DNA from: Callorhinchus milii
Lineage: Eukaryota
Assembly (NCBI RefSeq): GCF_018977255.1
Contig: NW_024704743.1
Coordinates: 75,332,001-75,396,000 of the forward strand
Reading direction: 5' to 3'
DNA length: 64,000 bases
Position numbers and translations under genes: made by a program. Under the pieces are notes generated by a model. It saw nothing but the letters and a program-made list of their open reading frames with translations, was not told the DNA's origin and ran no database searches. Below are positions 59,074 to 64,000 of this stretch, piece by piece. The first letter of the stretch is position 1; every line of letters begins with the position of its first letter.

Positions 59074-59199
59074 CTCAGAGTCCATGTGCCTTTTTTTGTG
59101 AACAAAGTTTGGGGAGGACATTCGTCTTTTAATGGCACTTCTTCTGACTTCAGTTTCTGATTTACTCTCGGGCCTTGGATGGTCATGTACGCCTTTGGC
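59074..59199 (-). CDS. GCM2: GCM2 internal coding exon (end of GCM domain plus basic region, equivalent to human exon 4)
   Basis: tactag|GCCAAAGGC...GACTCTGAG|gtaagt. 126 nt, phase 0-0, translating [42 protein letters not shown] with the HDHP zinc ligands. In phase with both neighbouring exons. Confidence 0.97.
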
Positions 59200-59699
59200 C
59201 TAGTATTAAAAAAATAATCAATATGAGCTCTATATCCACTCTAGTTTAGGACACTGGGCTCGTTTGCAACATAGTTTCAGCCTGTTATGGGAAGATGGTA
59301 AAGTGAGTATTGTGGCAGGATGAAATCAAATATGCTGAGGAATTGCACAAGAACCTTCCATGTGATCTTTTGTGATGTTACTTCACCACCACACCACCCA
59401 GATTTGTGGAGAAAGTAAATGCCTCACACCAATCCAAGTGTAAAAGGAGGAGCATTTAAATGAGGAGAAAGAGACATGATACCATCAGTCTGAGTTGGAT
59501 TCAGACTCAGAAATACAGATGAAAGGACAGTGAGCTAAACCTACTTAATCACTATTTTTTTTAAACAGAAAAACAGTGCACCCAAATTATCTTTCTAATT
59601 TTCTCCCCACAAGCATATGCGTCTCTGCCGTTCTTTTGCTGGGTGCAGTTCCACAGGAGCTGGTTGCCCTCCAGCATCCTGCTTAATGGCCAGTAACAG

Positions 59700-60023
59700 T
59701 AATAATAATAATCCTTCCATTTGATATAGCACCTTATCATGTCTTCAAGATATCTCAAAGCGCTTCACAGAATATACCGTACAGTGAATTGACTGTATAT
59801 TTTGTGGGCGAAATGCGGCAACCAATTGTGCACAGCAGTGTCCCACAAACAGTTGTGGATTGAGTGACCAAATTATTATTATTAATTTGAAGGAATTATT
59901 ATCCCTGGAAAAGCATTCTGCCAAACAAAAGGAAATACGCTCAACATTTCGCCCTGCTGGAAATCGAACCCAGGTCCTTTCACTTGAAAGGTGAGTGCTC
60001 TGACCATTAAACTACAGGACTCC
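59700..60023 (-). mobile_element. tRNA-SINE variant in a GCM2 intron (CORE largely deleted, post-CORE segment retained)
   Basis: Head ggagtcctgtagtttaatggtcagagc; internal ttggcagaatgcttttccaggg shared with the 39750 copy. Confidence 0.85.
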
Positions 60024-60418
60024 GCTGTTTGTGTTAGAGTCTTGTCAGTCAGCCCCAGCTACTCAACTATAGAGGGCATCACAGCAGAGCCTGGACTCGG
60101 CCCACCCAGCTCACCACACACATAATCAGTAGAGGATGTTGTCGAGGGACCAGGAACCCATGACCAGTAAACAAAGCATGGCCTGGAGTTCAAACCACAA
60201 ACTCCCTGTCTGTAAGCAAGCGGTGGCTCTAATCTTTATACCATTGCGGTTGCCTCCACTCAGTCTTTATAATAAGAAATGATATAATCTTGACAATTCA
60301 TGGTACTTTATTCAGTTATAGAAAATAATATTCACTCACTGTTTGAATATAGAAATGGTTCAATATTCTTTATTTTAAGAACTCTGACTAGTTTTTGACC
60401 TTGTAACTTACAACTTAC

Positions 60419-60531
60419 CTGGAAAAATATGACCTTGGTATCAAGTCTCCAAAAGTTAGTCACTGGGTAGCCGCTGTGACCTCGACATGGTATGAGCTCC
60501 AGCGCTGAGTTACAATTCAGACATGCCTTTT
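60419..60531 (-). CDS. GCM2: GCM2 internal coding exon (GCM DNA-binding domain, equivalent to human exon 3)
   Basis: Minus strand reads ttttgcag|AAAAGGCATGT...TTTTTCCAG|gtaagt. 113 nt, translating [38 protein letters not shown], the GCM-domain signature with CxxC and PCRGH zinc ligands. Confidence 0.97.
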
Positions 60532-61019
60532 CTGCAAAACATGAAGTGACATGTTAAATCTTGTTCGAATGGAGGGAAGTGGACATAGAATGAGAGAAGC
60601 CTGTAAATATTTTACAATTGCCTGAGTAATGTTGCAAACTTTATACTTTTTCTTTGATAAGCAAAATTAAGAGAGAGTGAAAATCAAAAGAAATTACATA
60701 GAGTGATATGGCTCCTCCTGTTCAGTCCAATTAGTCGACCTATCTAGTCTACCTACTGCAGATTAGTTATTAAGGACTATAATGGAGTTTCTATTCACAA
60801 TTCAAATTCACAAAGCATAGTGAGAATTATTAGCTTATACGGTGATGTTAAAAATCCAATTTTTCTGTATGATTGTTTAGTTGCATTTTAACAAGGGAAG
60901 AATCACTGAAGCGAGACAAAAATGTTTTACAGAAAATGAAATAAAAGGTAGTGTACATATTTAGAATACTTAATAGATATTTGTTGAACCAAAGGTTTAT
61001 TCAGCATTGGTTAAATATG

Positions 61020-61375
61020 CTGAGCCATAAAGTGAATGATTATTTTTATCTGGGTGATTGTTGGCTAGGACAAACTCCCTTTTCTTGAAATAGTACCATT
61101 GGGATCTTTAACGTCCACCTGAACAGGTGATTTTAACACCCCTGACACATCAGGAGGACACCCCAAAGAGCTTAACAGTCCTGGCTCGGCACCCGATCTG
61201 GGAGTAGGAGCCGAGAGGGTGGGGAGAGGAAATATTACCAAAAACATGGTCAATGCACTCACAGTGAATTGAAATATCAGCCTAGACTGTGAATTCAAAG
61301 GCCCTACATCAGGCTTGAACCCACAACATTTCTGACTCAGAGGCAAGAGTGCTACTAACAGAACCAGGCTGACAA
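61020..61375 (-). mobile_element. Deu-domain SINE interrupted by an L2 3' fragment
   Basis: gggatctttaacgtccacctgaacagg body and ttctgactcagaggcaagagtgctac head; L2-like terminus at about 61135-61250. Confidence 0.7.
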
Positions 61376-61649
61376 CTAAACTTAGTTAGTGGGGGATTGC
61401 AAAGGCCCTTTATTGCCTTACTCATGTTAACAATTTTGTTTAACACTTGAAACTTCAATACATATTCAATTGTAATAAGAAGCAACATCTCTTATGATCT
61501 ATGAACCACAAAACTAGAAACACAAGCTTTCACTTTAATTCCCAATAAATGCACATGAACTTCCTGGTTTTATCTCTGAAATGCTGATTGAGCTACAGGA
61601 CTCCTTTCTACGATAAATTCCCGAAGAGGTACAGGTAATGGTGTGACCT

Positions 61650-62520
61650 GGTTACTTTGATAGGTCAGCTGAATCCCCTTTCAGCATTCCCTACCCAAAA
61701 TGTCTGCTTCCGAGTATGAGTGCGGTTAGTCCTGCCAATTCCAGCAGACTTCCCCCAGCTCTCAGGACATACAGACTGAGGATAAGGACATTCTTGATCT
61801 CCGTCACCCACAGGTCTGGTGTGACCTTCTCCCTACCAGCCTTGTTTTTTAAATGATCTTGCCCACAGACCAGTGCAAAACAGTACCTTGACAGGCCCAA
61901 GTCAGTCTCTCCAAGCCCTTGCCCCTTTATTTACTGAAACGTCTTCCTTTTTCATTGAATTACCTGCTGTCCTTCTCAACCGACTTTAATGGCGAATCCT
62001 CCTCACTACATTCTTCTGCCTTTTTTTCTGGGGCATTGCTCAGTTGCCCTTCCTGTTTTTATATCCAACAATATCGGATACCATCACCTCTTCGTCCCTG
62101 GTTTCCCAGCACCCCAAAAGAGTCTCAACAGTCCTGAGGCATATGCTCCAGGATATCCATGGAGGTAACCATCAGGATTCCTTCCATTCATTGCTTCTCG
62201 CTATTTCCTGAAACTTTACCTCCAGGACAAAAGGCTATCTGACCTCATTAACTGCTGCCAGGGACTCCTCATGGGAATGTAAAGGGTCTACAGCACTGCA
62301 GCACATTGCAACTGCTCGGGGTCATTGCCATCTACCTCTCTACGAAGAACTGAAGGTGTTTGCCAATGTATGGTTTAATAAAACAAGACGGTTTTAATAA
62401 AAAATACAAACAGTTAGACTCGCAAGTGAGGAAGACACTCAGCCTTAGTGCTCACTCCCTAATCCCTGATCTGACTCATTTTCCCATGCTTGTGAATGCT
62501 CCTTTACACCTCTTCACTAG
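61650..62520 (-). mobile_element. Possible heavily decayed CR1 5' UTR/ORF1 remnant
   Basis: Weak resemblance to CR1 copy B: purine-rich 5' UTR-like tract, Cys-rich start and a TPDLWVTEI segment comparable to LPGARVTDV. Many stops. Confidence 0.3.
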
Positions 62521-63409
62521 GACTCACCATTTGAGTCATTCCAGTTGGGGAACCTGGACCTCAGTGTGAAATATGTGAGAGCATTGCCACCATCTTCCTA
62601 CCTGCAGATCAGACACACATCCCTATCCATTGAGCAATGGAAACATTGATTGTTTCCATCAGCACCTTGGGATGTCCTCCCAATGTGAAAGGCGCTATAC
62701 AAATATTGTTGTTGTTTTATTGCATCAGTTGGAAGTGCGGAGTCTGAGCAGCAGCTGCTTAACTCTCTGCAAGCCAATCAAGGTGGATTCCAAGAGCTGG
62801 ATAGATGTGTTCACGAACCCAGACTTCAAGTAACACCTTCCAACAGCTGTTGCCTCAAGCCTCAGTTTCCTCATCAGCTATCTGGTGGGCATTCGTCTTC
62901 AGCATGGTTTAGGAACCTATACAGCACAGGTTGTGAGATGCCACCATCTTGATGTATCGAGGTCTGTGTCCAATGTCACGCACCAGGCTAAGTTAGCACC
63001 AACTGTTTTGCTTAATGCACTGCACACTGCTTGTCAAGTACATAATGCCTGCTGTGAACTGAGTCCACTTCCAGAGTCCTATGCAACAAGTCAGTGTAGG
63101 CCAGAGCCCTCCGTCACTGCAGCCATTTCCCCTTTTTCCCCTTTCCCTTTTAACACATATTCAACCTCACTCCTTGATTGGACTTCACCAATGGGAAATG
63201 CTGAAGAAAACTAATCAGATCACTGTCTATCCTCAGAGCATTCTCTATCCCATCAGTTAAAGAACCTGGTACAAAAGGCATTTGTACCTTTGCAAGATAT
63301 ACATTCAAACAAAATTATGTGAATGAAAATATCTGGCTGTGATTCTAAAATATATTTATTTCCAACAAAAAGACATTTTTGTGGTTTAGATTGTCGCAGT
63401 AGTTTAAAA

Positions 63410-63770
63410 TAATAATAACTTGCAGTTGATATAGCATCTGTCATGTTGGGAGCATGTCTCAAAGTGCTTCATAGGATTTTCTATAAAGTGCAGTGACTAT
63501 ATTTTGTTGGTAAAAGCAGCATACAATCTTTACAAAGCAAAATGTTAGTGATTAATTTTATCTGGGGTATTGTTGGCCAGGATACCAGGAGAAATTCCCT
63601 TCTCTTTTCAAATAGTGCTTTGGGATCTTTAGCGTCCACCTGAACAGGCAAACTTGATCTTGGTTTAACATCTCATCTAAAGAACATCACCTCAATCAAT
63701 GGAGCACACCCCTAACCTGACACTTTGTCCCGAACTTTGTGACTCAGAACCGAAACTGCTAGCAACTGGA
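63410..63770 (-). mobile_element. Deu-domain SINE
   Basis: gggatctttagcgtccacctgaacaggc...ggtttaacatctcatc. Confidence 0.75.
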
Positions 63771-64000
63771 AAGAAACAGTAGTGTTTGAGCCACCTAAGG
63801 TACATCTAAAATAAGGGACCCTGAAGAATAGTAATCCCAAGCTCTGTGAGATGGAGCTCTGGATCAGAGCTGTGGATGAGGGCAGTCAGATGGAGTTCTG
63901 CACCATTTTTCCACATGTCAAACCCAACTGTCTATTTGATCTCTAATAGTTTTATAAATAAAGCCATATTCAAACGTTGCTGATCTAGAAAGCTTCTGCC

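Noticed and set aside
60532..64000. Search for the upstream GCM2 exon (WAMRNTNNHN...CLGV)
   Set aside because: Not found; it must lie beyond the window end.

Overview
Vertebrate genomic DNA, most likely from a cartilaginous fish. The repeat complement (CORE-like and Deu-domain tRNA-SINEs with a shared L2-type tail, plus abundant L2, CR1 and Penelope elements) points to a holocephalan such as Callorhinchus; this is an inference. The only host gene I can firmly support is the 3' part of GCM2 on the minus strand: three coding exons at 60419-60531, 59074-59199 and 56050-56925. The first two are missing from the ORF track, and the upstream exons lie beyond base 64000. The remaining ~55 kb is repeat-rich. 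It holds a four-layer nest at 20.6-27.9 kb (Penelope host containing a SINE and a CR1, which contains a full-length CR1, which contains another SINE), young and old L2 copies, many SINEs and a decayed Harbinger transposase fragment. The most notable structural signals are minimal hammerhead-ribozyme motifs in the Penelope termini, a Penelope fold-back in a GCM2 intron, twin hairpins at 19.3 kb, a near-perfect 60-64 bp inverted duplication at 16.1-16.9 kb, a CR1 ORF1 esterase with all catalytic positions substituted, and a C-terminal frameshift shared by two young L2 copies. A speculative promoter and 5' exons of the next minus-strand gene (MAK, by recalled synteny) are flagged at low confidence. 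I found no convincing wholly new protein-coding system. Repeat boundaries are approximate.
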